The notes under the pieces: generated by a model
What the model was told of the DNA's origin: nothing
Seen by the model: only the letters and a program-made list of their open reading frames with translations
Database searches by the model: none
Part shown: piece after piece, positions 6,795 to 16,189 of the stretch
Numbering within the stretch: the stretch's first letter is position 1
How the letters are laid out: each line of letters begins with the position of its first letter
NCBI GenBank assembly: GCA_021203765.1
Contig: JAJQAN010000019.1
Coordinates: 42,822-106,821 of the forward strand
DNA: 64,000 nucleotides
Direction of reading: 5' to 3'
DNA from: Coriobacteriaceae bacterium
GTDB taxonomy: Bacteria; Actinomycetota; Coriobacteriia; Coriobacteriales; QAMH01
Position numbers and translations under genes: made by a program

Positions 6795-9326
6795 ATGCAG
6801 ACGACTATCGCCTTAGTAGGCAATCAAAACAGTGGTAAGACAACTTTGTTTAACCAGCTGACCGGTAATCACCAGTATGTCGGCAACTGGCCGGGTGTCA
6901 CCATCGATCGCAAGGAAGGGACCCTGCGCGGCAACAAGGAGGTCCGCTTCGTCGACCTGCCGGGTATCTATTCGCTGTCCCCGTATTCGAGCGAAGAGGT
7001 TATCGCCCGTACCTACCTTTCCGAGGGCAACCCCGACGTCATCATAGACATCGTCGATGCCACCAACCTCGAACGCAACCTGTATCTGACCAACCAGCTC
7101 ATGGAATTCGGAGTGCCGGTCGTCGTCGCGCTCAACATGATGGATGTCGTGGAAAAGCGCAAGATTCAAATCGACAGCGATGCACTTTCCAAGAAACTCG
7201 GGGTGCCGGTCGTCGAAATCTCCGCTCTCAAGGGCACCAACAAGGAAGAGGTCGTGGACGTCGCCGTCAAGGCGGCCGCCGACAAGCAGCTTCCCGAGCC
7301 GACCCGGTTTTCCCCGCAGCTCGAAAAATACCTCGACCGGATCAGTGCTCTGCTGCCCGACGACTGTCCGGACAGCCTGAGGCGCTACTACACCATCAAG
7401 CTCTTCGAGAACGATCAGAAGGCGGCTGCCGAGCTTTCCAGCGTCCCCGACGTCAGCAGCATCGTGGCCGAGGCCACACAGGAGTTCGACGACATCCCCG
7501 AAAGCATCATCACCGACGAGCGCTACCAGAACATCACCGGCTACATCTCCGATATCCAGAAAAAGGACACCAAGAGCATCAGTACCTCCGCAAAGATCGA
7601 CAAGGTGCTCACCAACCGCATCCTCGCCCTCCCGATCTTCATCGTCATCATCGGCCTCATCTATTTCATCGCCGTGTCCACCGTCGGCGGGTTTGTGACC
7701 GACTGGGCCAACGACGGTTTGTTCGGCGATGGCTGGCACATCACCGGCGGCGCCGCCTACGAGGAGGCTTGCGAGGACTACGATCGGGCCGACGCCATCG
7801 TCGGTGCCGCCGAAGACGGCGAGTCGACGGTCGACATCGAAAACGAGGACGGCGATGTCGAAGAGACAGTCACCATCACACCTGCGGTTCTCGCCGAGGC
7901 ACAGGAGACATTGGATCAGTATCTGCCTGACGCCGATGACGCCGAGGCGGTCGCCGAATACGATCGTGCCGACGCCATCACCGCGGGGGTCGAAGAGGGC
8001 GAGGAGAGCATCGTCTTCGACGGCGAGCTCATCGACCTGACCGACGAGGAGACGATCACCGACGCCGAAGACGTGTTGGCAAGCTACGAGCCCGATCCCG
8101 CCGACTTCGGTATCTGGGTGCCAGGCATCCCGGTGCTCGTGGAACAGTTCCTCGACTGGATCCACTGTGCCGGTTGGCTCGAGTCTCTCATCATCGACGG
8201 CATCATCGCCGGTGTCGGTGCAGTCTTGGGCTTCGTGCCGCAGATCTTGATCCTGTTCTTCCTGCTGGCCATACTCGAAGGTTGCGGCTACATGGCGCGT
8301 GTCGCCTTCATACTCGACCGCATCTTCCGCCGCTTCGGCCTGTCCGGCAAATCCTTCATCCCCTACATCATCGGTACCGGATGCGGTGTGCCTGGAATCC
8401 TGGCGACGCGAACGATCGAGAGCGAGTCGTCACGACGATTGACGGTCATGACGACGACGATGATGCCCTGTTCTGCAAAGGTGCCCCTCATCGCCCTGTT
8501 CGCCGGCGCCATCTTCGGCGGGGCCTGGTGGGTTGCGCCGTTCGCCTACTTCCTCGGCATCGCCGTCATCCTCTGTGCCGGCGTCATCTTGAAGAAGACC
8601 AGGCCGTTCTTGGGCAAGACCGCTCCGTTCGTGATGGAGTTGCCCGACTACCGTCTGCCGCGCTTAGTCGACCTGCTGCGCAGCATGTGGCAGCGCGCGT
8701 GGGCCTTCATCAAGAAGGCAGGGACCATCATCGCAGGAGCTGCCATCCTGATCTGGTTCCTTTCGACCTACGGTTGGGAGGACGGCGTCTGGTGCGCAGT
8801 CGACAACATGGACAACTCGATGCTGGGCATCTTCGGATCCGCTATCGCCTGGTTCTTCTATCCGCTCGGATGGGCCGACTGGCAGGCGGCCGCAGCGAGC
8901 ATCTCCGGGCTCATCGCCAAGGAGAACATCGTCGCGACCTTCGGCATCCTCTACGGTGCCGGCGAGGTCGCCGAAAACGGCCACGAAGTCTGGCTCAACC
9001 TGGCGGCTAGCTACGGCACGCTTGCCGGCCTGTCGCTCATGGTCTTCAACCTGCTCTGCATTCCCTGCTTTGCGGCGATGGGGTGCATCCGCCGCGAGAT
9101 GAACTCCGCCAAGTGGTTCTGGGCCACCATCGGCTTCCAGATCCTGACCGCCTACGTCGTCTCATTGTGGATCTACCAACTCGGGATGTGGTTCACCACC
9201 GGGGCCTTCGGCGTGTGGACCGCCGTCGCGATTGCCGCAGCCATCGTTTTCCTCATACTGTTGTTCCGGCCGTACCCCAAGCGGCTTGAGCAAGGCGCTT
9301 TGGAGGTGGCTGCCTCCGAGGCGTAA
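6795..9326 (+). CDS. feoB: Ferrous iron transporter FeoB with an unusually long acidic loop after the first TM helix
   Basis: N-terminal G-domain GNQNSGKTTLFN, DLPG, NMMD. Polytopic C-terminal permease region (FVPQILILFFLLAILEGCGYMARVAF). Confidence 0.95.
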   Translation: MQTTIALVGNQNSGKTTLFNQLTGNHQYVGNWPGVTIDRKEGTLRGNKEVRFVDLPGIYSLSPYSSEEVIARTYLSEGNPDVIIDIVDATNLERNLYLTNQLMEFGVPVVVALNMMDVVEKRKIQIDSDALSKKLGVPVVEISALKGTNKEEVVDVAVKAAADKQLPEPTRFSPQLEKYLDRISALLPDDCPDSLRRYYTIKLFENDQKAAAELSSVPDVSSIVAEATQEFDDIPESIITDERYQNITGYISDIQKKDTKSISTSAKIDKVLTNRILALPIFIVIIGLIYFIAVSTVGGFVTDWANDGLFGDGWHITGGAAYEEACEDYDRADAIVGAAEDGESTVDIENEDGDVEETVTITPAVLAEAQETLDQYLPDADDAEAVAEYDRADAITAGVEEGEESIVFDGELIDLTDEETITDAEDVLASYEPDPADFGIWVPGIPVLVEQFLDWIHCAGWLESLIIDGIIAGVGAVLGFVPQILILFFLLAILEGCGYMARVAFILDRIFRRFGLSGKSFIPYIIGTGCGVPGILATRTIESESSRRLTVMTTTMMPCSAKVPLIALFAGAIFGGAWWVAPFAYFLGIAVILCAGVILKKTRPFLGKTAPFVMELPDYRLPRLVDLLRSMWQRAWAFIKKAGTIIAGAAILIWFLSTYGWEDGVWCAVDNMDNSMLGIFGSAIAWFFYPLGWADWQAAAASISGLIAKENIVATFGILYGAGEVAENGHEVWLNLAASYGTLAGLSLMVFNLLCIPCFAAMGCIRREMNSAKWFWATIGFQILTAYVVSLWIYQLGMWFTTGAFGVWTAVAIAAAIVFLILLFRPYPKRLEQGALEVAASEA

Positions 9327-9408
9327 GTCACGTACCTCTTTTCTCTTGCAAGGCTGAAAGCCCCGCCCTTTGGAAGCACCTCCCACACTCCTTCCGAAGA
9401 GCGGGGCT

Positions 9409-11364
9409 TCAGTCGTTTGAGAGCAGGGAGAAGTTGATGGTGCGCTCGCGGACCTCGACAGCCTCGACCTGCACCTGCACCGTCTGCCCGAGGCGATAGG
9501 TCCGCCCGGTTTCCTCTCCGGTCAGCGTCTGCACCTTCGGGTCGAAGAGGTAGTACTCGTCGTGCACCGGATCGAAGCGGACCAGTCCCTCCGCGGTGTT
9601 CTTCAGACGAACGAAGAAGCCGTAAGCCAATATGGTGACGATGGTGCCTTCGAAGCATTCTCCCTCATGGTCACCCATGTATTCACAGAGTTTCAAATCG
9701 ACCGTATCCCGCTCGACCTCCTCCACGGTGCGCTCCATCTTCGAGGAGTGCTCGGCCAACCATTCGAGCTGCCCTTCCATCGCATGCGCATCGCGCAGGA
9801 GGCGGTGCACCATCAGGTCGGGATAGCGGCGGATGGGGCTCGTAAAGTGGCAGTAGTGTTCCAGCCCCAGCCCGAAATGCCCCAGCGGCTCGACGCTGTA
9901 GTAGGCCTGCTCCAAGGAACGCAGGACCATGGTCTCCACGAGCGTCTTGTCCTCCCGCTTGCCCGCCGCCTCGAGTATCGCCTGGTAGGCCTTCGGATCT
10001 CCCTGCCCGAGCCCCTCGATCGGATAGCCGAGCTCCTTTAAGACCGGCAGCAGCGTCTCGAGCGAGGCCGCGCGCGGCGGCTCATGGACGCGGTAGATGC
10101 AGGGCTGCTTTTTGCCGTACAGGTGGGTCGCGACCGTCTCGTTGGCCGCGATCATCGCCTCTTCGATCAGCGAGGTCGCGTCGCTCTTGTGGCGCAGGGC
10201 GATGTCGGTCGGGTGCCCGTCCTCGTCGAGGATGGGCTTGGCTTCGACCGAGTCGAAGTCGAGTGCTCCCCGCTCATGGCCGATGGCGATGCGTGCGCGG
10301 GCGAAGCGATGCAGGCGTTCGAACTTGGGACGCAGCGGATCGCGGGAGTCGGGGTCGTCGAGGACCTCCTGGACCTCCTCGTAGGTGCAGCGGCGCTTGC
10401 TGCAGATGATGCTCGGGTAGATCTCGTAGCGGACGATTTGCGCGTCCTCGTCCAAGAACATATCGCAGGTGATCGTGCGCCGATCCTGCCCCGGGCGCAG
10501 GGAGCAGACGTCGTTGCAGAGCTTTTCGGGCAGCATGGGCAGGACCCGGTCGACCAGGTATGCGCTCGTCGCACGGTCGCGTGCGCAGATGTCGATGCTT
10601 CCGTCCCAGGGGACGTAGCTCGTGACGTCGGCGATGTGCACGCCGAGACGCGTCAGCCCCTCGATGCTGTCGATCGAGACCGCGTCGTCGAAATCCTTGG
10701 CATCCTCCGGATCGATTGTGAAGACCTCTCGCTCGCGCAGGTCGCGCCTGCCGTGCTCCTGCAAGGCCTCCTCGATGGCGGGCTCGATCTCGGCGGCCTC
10801 CGCAAGGGCTTGAGGCGAAAATTCGGTCGGCAGCCCGGCGCCGTGGATGAGGATGTCGACGTCCATGCCGGGGGTGTCCGCCTGTCCGACGACCTCGACG
10901 ATGTAGCCCTGTGCGGCGATGCGGCGTGTCGGATAGGTCGTGATGCGGGCAAGCACCATGTCGCCGTTACGCGCCTGCGGGCATTCGTCGAGCGTGACGA
11001 AGATGTCGTGCTGGATGCGCGGATCCTGCGCCACGACCACGGCCAGAGGATCGGTGATCTCGAGTTTTCCGACGACGTATTCGGTCGCGCGGTCGAGGAT
11101 GTGCGAGATCGCCCCGGTGCGCCGCTGTCCTTCCTGCTGGTCGTAATGGTAGGGTCTGACCTCTACATGGTCGCCGTGCATGGCGCCGCCGATGCGGCTT
11201 GCCGGGATGAAGAAGGTCCCTTCGTCGGTGTCGACGAATCCGTAGCCGCGGCGGTTGAGTTCGAGTACCCCGTGCGGATACGAGCCGCTCTTGTGTTTGG
11301 AACGGGTCGAGCGTGAGCCGCTGCGGCGTGCATTGCGTTTGTGTGAGTGATGTCTTCGACCCAT
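9409..11364 (-). CDS. rnr: Ribonuclease R (RNB family 3'-5' exoribonuclease)
   Basis: Cold-shock/OB N-terminus (GYGFVDTDEGTFFIP), RNB core (DPEDAKDFDDAVS, HFGLGLEHYCHFTSPIRRYPDLMVHR), C-terminal S1 domain (FEGTIVTILAYGFFVRL). Confidence 0.9.
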   Translation of the reverse strand: MGRRHHSHKRNARRSGSRSTRSKHKSGSYPHGVLELNRRGYGFVDTDEGTFFIPASRIGGAMHGDHVEVRPYHYDQQEGQRRTGAISHILDRATEYVVGKLEITDPLAVVVAQDPRIQHDIFVTLDECPQARNGDMVLARITTYPTRRIAAQGYIVEVVGQADTPGMDVDILIHGAGLPTEFSPQALAEAAEIEPAIEEALQEHGRRDLREREVFTIDPEDAKDFDDAVSIDSIEGLTRLGVHIADVTSYVPWDGSIDICARDRATSAYLVDRVLPMLPEKLCNDVCSLRPGQDRRTITCDMFLDEDAQIVRYEIYPSIICSKRRCTYEEVQEVLDDPDSRDPLRPKFERLHRFARARIAIGHERGALDFDSVEAKPILDEDGHPTDIALRHKSDATSLIEEAMIAANETVATHLYGKKQPCIYRVHEPPRAASLETLLPVLKELGYPIEGLGQGDPKAYQAILEAAGKREDKTLVETMVLRSLEQAYYSVEPLGHFGLGLEHYCHFTSPIRRYPDLMVHRLLRDAHAMEGQLEWLAEHSSKMERTVEEVERDTVDLKLCEYMGDHEGECFEGTIVTILAYGFFVRLKNTAEGLVRFDPVHDEYYLFDPKVQTLTGEETGRTYRLGQTVQVQVEAVEVRERTINFSLLSND

Positions 11365-11400
11365 GGCGTCTCTTTCCGGGTGGCGGGTCTTCGTGCGGGC

Positions 11401-12258
11401 CTAGTCGTCGGACTTCGCCTTGTTGTATTCGTCCCGAAACGACTTGAACATGCCCGATGCGCGGCCGATCTGCCTGCCGACCGCCTGTGCGCCTTTGTCG
11501 ACCGTGGTCGCCGGCTGTTCTTTGCCCTCGGCGGCAGCCTTCTTTTCTGCGGCTTCCCGCTTGGCCTGGCGCTCGTTGCTGGACGCCCTCATCTTGCCGA
11601 TGGCCTTGCCGGTTTGATAGGCGCCCTTGTTGATGGCATCGCCGGCCTGCTGCCCGGCCTTTTTGGTGGCGACGGAGGCGGAGTGGCTGACGTTTGCCCA
11701 CGTTTCGCCGGCCTTGGCGGCCGCTCCTCCGACCGGGTCGATGGCGCCGATTTCGTCATCGACGACGATCGCGCCGTCCTTGTAGCCCCGGATGAAGGAG
11801 CTGTCGATGGCCGAGGTGCCGACGATGGCCCGCTCGACCCCTCCGGAGGATATGTCGATCGAGGAAACCTGCAGGGTGTCTTCGTCGAACTGTATGTCGG
11901 CGATGATGCCGAGCTCGCGCCCCGTCGTCGTGATGCAGGGCATCCCGTCCCAGACGATGCAGGTGTCGAGGTCGATGCCGAGGCGCTTGCAGGCCTGGGC
12001 ATCCAGGGCGGCGTTTGCCTCGGGGTCTATGAGCAGTCCCTTTTCGTGGGGACCGAGGGCGTCGAAGGCGACGAACCGGTCTTTACGCTTGAACATGAGC
12101 AGGAAGTCGGGACGCTTGACGATGACACCGACGACCTGCGGCTTGGTGGGATGCAGGACAAGCTGACGCAGCCGACCGAAACGGCGAGTCCGTGTCTTCT
12201 TCCTGCTCTTTTTTGTTATGTAGATACGCTTGTTATACAGATCCCTGGATGAGTACAT
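11401..12258 (-). CDS. Hypothetical protein, PRC-barrel-like repeats with a Lys/Ala-rich C-terminal tail
   Basis: GC3-rich frame, GGGAGA upstream of the ATG. The pattern GRELGIIADIQFDEDTLQVSSIDIS resembles a PRC barrel. Function not established. Confidence 0.5.
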   Translation of the reverse strand: MYSSRDLYNKRIYITKKSRKKTRTRRFGRLRQLVLHPTKPQVVGVIVKRPDFLLMFKRKDRFVAFDALGPHEKGLLIDPEANAALDAQACKRLGIDLDTCIVWDGMPCITTTGRELGIIADIQFDEDTLQVSSIDISSGGVERAIVGTSAIDSSFIRGYKDGAIVVDDEIGAIDPVGGAAAKAGETWANVSHSASVATKKAGQQAGDAINKGAYQTGKAIGKMRASSNERQAKREAAEKKAAAEGKEQPATTVDKGAQAVGRQIGRASGMFKSFRDEYNKAKSDD

Positions 12259-12297
12259 GGCGTTCTCCCAACCTGGGGAAGCGTATGCTCCGTCCGC

Positions 12298-12756
12298 CTA
12301 GTCCGAGGACTCGGATGAACCCTCTTTCGAAGAACGGTCGGTGACGTCATCGACCGCCCCGTCGGCTTCTCCTTCCACCACGTCGCTGATGTCGGCCTCG
12401 ACCGGACGCGCCGTGTTGTGATCCTGTGTGACCTGTTCTGCGATGCGGTCGCGTGCCTCGTTGATGCGGTCACGAATGTCGTCGGCTGCGGAACTGGCCG
12501 CCTGCGCGACATCGCCGACACCCTGTGAGGCCGAGTTGACCGCATCGTTGACCGCGTCGGCGGCTTCCGGGTTGACCGTGCGGACCTTGTCGTAGATGGC
12601 TTCGCGGCCGTACTGGACGGCCTGTCCGCCCCGGTCGGTGGCGGAGTCCACGCGCTTCATAAGGGCAGCACGATTTTCTTTGCCGGTTCGCGGGGTCAGG
12701 AGCAGTGCTGCACTTGCACCGACGACTCCGCCGACAACGAACCTGAATACGCCCAT
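12298..12756 (-). CDS. YtxH-like membrane-anchored protein
   Basis: N-terminal hydrophobic helix followed by LLTPRTGKENR (YtxH-type motif), then an Ala/Asp-rich helical region. Confidence 0.6.
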   Translation of the reverse strand: MGVFRFVVGGVVGASAALLLTPRTGKENRAALMKRVDSATDRGGQAVQYGREAIYDKVRTVNPEAADAVNDAVNSASQGVGDVAQAASSAADDIRDRINEARDRIAEQVTQDHNTARPVEADISDVVEGEADGAVDDVTDRSSKEGSSESSD

Positions 12757-12931
12757 GGCTACTACCTCGCTTTCAAACGCCCGTCGCCTGTCTATCCGTT
12801 ACCGAACATCTTACAGGCGATGCGAAAAACGCGTCTACACCACCCTAGCATGCCGAGCAGATAAATACGTCGAAGCGTTGCGATGTTGTTTGAATCTCCT
12901 TAATGGTAAGAGCCCCGCTGCCTTCCCTATC

Positions 12932-13525
12932 TCAAACCTTTTTGGAGGGCTCAGTTGCTTGTTTTTGCGGGCGGCCGAGCGATGCGATGCCGGACCTGCG
13001 AAGAGCCCGATACAGGGGTAGGCCGAGGGCATACATGACGACTGCCTCGCCGATGCCGGTCGCCACAAAGCCGAACAGGTACATGAGCGGATAGACGCCG
13101 TCGAGGCTGATGGTCGTGAACGGGATGGTGTAAAAGCCCATGCCGACGCAGACGACGGGGAGGTAGGCGGGCACGATGAGGGCATTGCAGAGCACCGGGC
13201 CGAGCAAGGCGACAAGCGGGTGCGTGCGCATCCGTCTCATCCACCACGCCGCTAGCAAGGTGGCGAGGGCACCGAAGAAGACATCGAAGAGCCCGTAGAC
13301 GCCGCTGCCGCTCAAGGGGATGTTGATCAGGTTGGCGAGCACACAGCCGACCGTCAGGCCCGGCACGGCCTCGGGCATGAAGAGCGCCAGGACGCAGACG
13401 CACTCCGATACGCGGAACTGCACCGGCCCCCAGGCAAGACCCTGCAACAGGGTGAGCGCTATGAGTGTGAGAGCCGCATAGATGGCGGCGATGAGGCCGG
13501 CGCGGGCGAGATAGGAGCTTTTCAT
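12932..13525 (-). CDS. queT: QueT-family transporter (queuosine precursor ECF S-component type)
   Basis: 197-aa polytopic protein. FRVSECVCVLALFMPEAVPGLTVGCVLANL and GALATLLAAW resemble the QueT family. Confidence 0.65.
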   Translation of the reverse strand: MKSSYLARAGLIAAIYAALTLIALTLLQGLAWGPVQFRVSECVCVLALFMPEAVPGLTVGCVLANLINIPLSGSGVYGLFDVFFGALATLLAAWWMRRMRTHPLVALLGPVLCNALIVPAYLPVVCVGMGFYTIPFTTISLDGVYPLMYLFGFVATGIGEAVVMYALGLPLYRALRRSGIASLGRPQKQATEPSKKV

Positions 13526-13544
13526 GGCCGGGAGGCGGGTGGCC

Positions 13545-14675
13545 TCAGTCTTCGTAGAACCTGACGGCCCGCTTCAGTTGGTTGCGGATGTCGATCGACT
13601 GCGGACACATGTCCTCGCAGGCGCCGCATCCGCCGCAGTCCGAGGGGCGCCCTTCGGAGGTCTGCCAGGAGTAGAGGTCCTTCACGAACTCGTGGTCCCC
13701 CGTCATCGCCTCCAGGTTCAAAAGGCCCATCGTGATGGGAATCTTGATGTCCTGCGTGCAGGCCTCGGCACAGTAGCCGCAGTTCGTACAGGGTACGAGG
13801 TCGACGTTTTTCAGCTCGGCAAGCGCCGCTTCGAGCGCAGCCCGCTCCCTTTTGGTAAACGGTTCGTTGGCGTGCCAGTCGGCGAGGTTCTCATTCATCT
13901 GCTCGGTCGTCGACATGCCGGAGAGCACGGTCAGGACGTTCGGCAGGTTGTAGCAGAAGCGGTATGCCCACGAGGCGATGCTCCTGTCGGGCGCCGCCTC
14001 CTTCAGGATGCTCGTCACCCGGTCGGGCAGGTTGCACAAAAGGCCGCCACGGGCCGGCTCCATGATGACGACCGGCTTGCCGTGTTTGGCAGCCACCTCC
14101 ATACACTCGCGCGAGCGTGTGACCGGATCATCCCAGTCGAGGTAGTTGACCTGCAGCTGGACGAACTCCATCTGGGGATGCTCGGTTAAAAGCATATCGA
14201 GGGTCTCCGGTCCGTCGTGCATGGAAAAGCCGATGTGCCTGATCAGGCCTTCCTCCTTCTTTTGGACGAGATAGTCCCACATGCCGTATTCGTCGAACTT
14301 GGCCGTGCGCTTGCCGCCGGTGTTGTGGATGAGGTAGAAGTCCACGTAGTCGAGCCCCAGACGTTCGAGTGAGACGTTCAGGCAATCCTTCGCAGCCTGT
14401 TCGTTCGGGCATGACCAGGCGAGGCATTTGGTCGCGACGGTGTAGGAATCGCGCGGATGGCGTTGCACCAGGGCCTCCCGCAAGGCGCGTTCCGAGGCGC
14501 CGCCGCCGTATATGTAGGCGGTGTCGAAGTAGGTGCCGCCGCCCTCTATGAAAGCATCCACCATTTGCTTGACCTGCTCGACGTCGAGGTCGGTTTCGTC
14601 GTCGGGCGTCAGCCGCGGCAGACGCATGCATCCGAAGCCCAGCTTCGGAATCTGCGTGATATCCAAATCGCTCAT
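13545..14675 (-). CDS. Aldo/keto reductase with a C-terminal 4Fe-4S ferredoxin-like domain
   Basis: ATG 14675 preceded by GAGGGGG. AKR N-terminus LGFGCMRLP...FDTAYIYGGG. C-terminal Cys clusters CTNCGYCAEAC and CGGCGACEDMCP. Confidence 0.8.
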   Translation of the reverse strand: MSDLDITQIPKLGFGCMRLPRLTPDDETDLDVEQVKQMVDAFIEGGGTYFDTAYIYGGGASERALREALVQRHPRDSYTVATKCLAWSCPNEQAAKDCLNVSLERLGLDYVDFYLIHNTGGKRTAKFDEYGMWDYLVQKKEEGLIRHIGFSMHDGPETLDMLLTEHPQMEFVQLQVNYLDWDDPVTRSRECMEVAAKHGKPVVIMEPARGGLLCNLPDRVTSILKEAAPDRSIASWAYRFCYNLPNVLTVLSGMSTTEQMNENLADWHANEPFTKRERAALEAALAELKNVDLVPCTNCGYCAEACTQDIKIPITMGLLNLEAMTGDHEFVKDLYSWQTSEGRPSDCGGCGACEDMCPQSIDIRNQLKRAVRFYED

Positions 14676-14881
14676 TTCTGCCCCCTCTGTGTGACGGAAT
14701 CGGCGCCCCGTCAAAGACGTCGAACAGCTGTGGGAACGATAGTAACCCGAGAGGGCCTGTGCCTGCAATTACCCGCCCCCCCCCACTGCGTTTCCTCTCT
14801 GCCGTTTGTGTGAATACCGAGGGCGCGTATACGTCCGTTTGTTACCCTAGTTATCGCCTGTGAGCAAAGGACGAGGAGCGT

Positions 14882-16180
14882 ATGCCCGGCATGAATCTCA
14901 ACCCCGTGATCATCATCCCGACGTACTGGTCGGGGCGGCGTGAGGCTATTCAAGACGACATCACGACCTCGTACGACCACGCCACCCCCATCGACAAAGA
15001 CGGCACGCTCGGGCGTTGCCTCGCCTCGTTGCAGGGCGTCGACGGCATCGGCCGCATCGTCCTGCTGGTCGTCTCCACGCCGGGGACCGAAAACCAAGCC
15101 CACGAGAAAGTCTCCGCCATCGCCGCGGGCTATCCCGGCCTCGACATCGCCGTCATCGGACAGGCACAGCTCAACCATTTCAACCTCCGCCTCGAACAAC
15201 TCGGCCTCCAATCGAGCGTCAACTGCATCAACCTGCGAACCGAAGGCGCCATCCGCAATCTGGGCATCGCCATGGCGTCGATCTTCGCGCACGACACGAT
15301 CGTCTTTCTGGACGAGCGCTTCGTCGTCCCCGGTTCCGATTTTCTCGAACGCGCGGTCTACGGCATCGGCGCCCAGACCCCCGAGGGCAGCGTCATCACG
15401 GCCAAGACGGGCTATTTCCTCGACGAGGAGGGCAACTACACCGCCCCGGAAGACGTCAAGTGGTACCGGCGTTCGTGGAACAGCAACGTCGAATTCAACG
15501 CGTATATACAGGAGGTCATGGAGGGTCCGCGCCTCACGCAGGCAAAATCCGCCTGCGGTGGCTGCATGGTGCTGCACGCCGATGCGTACGGCCTCATCCC
15601 CTTCGATCCGTGGATCGTACGCGGCGAGGACCTCGACTACGTCTTAAGCGGGCTCATGTACGGGCTGGACATCTGGTTCGACAACTGCCTGCAGGTCCAG
15701 AGCCTGCCCGACCAGGCGGAAAGCGACGAGGTCCAGCAGTTCCGCAAGGACGTCTACCGCTGGTTCTACGAAAACCGCAAGATCGAGTTCGCCAAGACAC
15801 AGATCGATCTCCTGCAGATTTCCTCCCAGGCCCTCGAGCCGTATCCCGGACCGTGGATCACCAAAAAGATCGACAGCAAGGCCCGTCGAACCGCCTATCT
15901 CAGCGCGATCGGACATCGGGAGCACATCCAATATCTCCGTGCTGGTCGGCAGACGCGCAAGGAGGCCGCCGCCTATGCGCGGGAGAACTGCTCCCAGTAC
16001 TTCGACTTCCAGCGCGAATGGCCACAACTGGTCCGAGCGCTTTGGAACGACATCGCCCTGGCGACGCAGTTCTCCGGCGTCCGTTCGACGAAGGTGGGCA
16101 ACCCGTCGTTCACCGGGCGTCTGTCAGCCGTGCAGGTCAACGATTCCCCCACCCCGGACACCCCCTCCACGCAGGACTAG
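14882..16180 (+). CDS. Hypothetical protein; weak GT-A-fold glycosyltransferase-like N-terminus
   Basis: 432-aa GC3-rich ORF. N-terminus VIIIPTYWSGR and FLDERF / RGEDLDY acidic motifs are reminiscent of GT-A enzymes. No confident family assignment. Confidence 0.55.
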   Translation: MPGMNLNPVIIIPTYWSGRREAIQDDITTSYDHATPIDKDGTLGRCLASLQGVDGIGRIVLLVVSTPGTENQAHEKVSAIAAGYPGLDIAVIGQAQLNHFNLRLEQLGLQSSVNCINLRTEGAIRNLGIAMASIFAHDTIVFLDERFVVPGSDFLERAVYGIGAQTPEGSVITAKTGYFLDEEGNYTAPEDVKWYRRSWNSNVEFNAYIQEVMEGPRLTQAKSACGGCMVLHADAYGLIPFDPWIVRGEDLDYVLSGLMYGLDIWFDNCLQVQSLPDQAESDEVQQFRKDVYRWFYENRKIEFAKTQIDLLQISSQALEPYPGPWITKKIDSKARRTAYLSAIGHREHIQYLRAGRQTRKEAAAYARENCSQYFDFQREWPQLVRALWNDIALATQFSGVRSTKVGNPSFTGRLSAVQVNDSPTPDTPSTQD

Positions 16181-16189
16181 ACACGCACC

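Noticed and set aside
13526-13544. preQ1 riboswitch upstream of the QueT-family gene
   Set aside because: Only 19 nt separate queT from the upstream aldo/keto reductase stop. There is no room for the aptamer and no A-rich tail motif.
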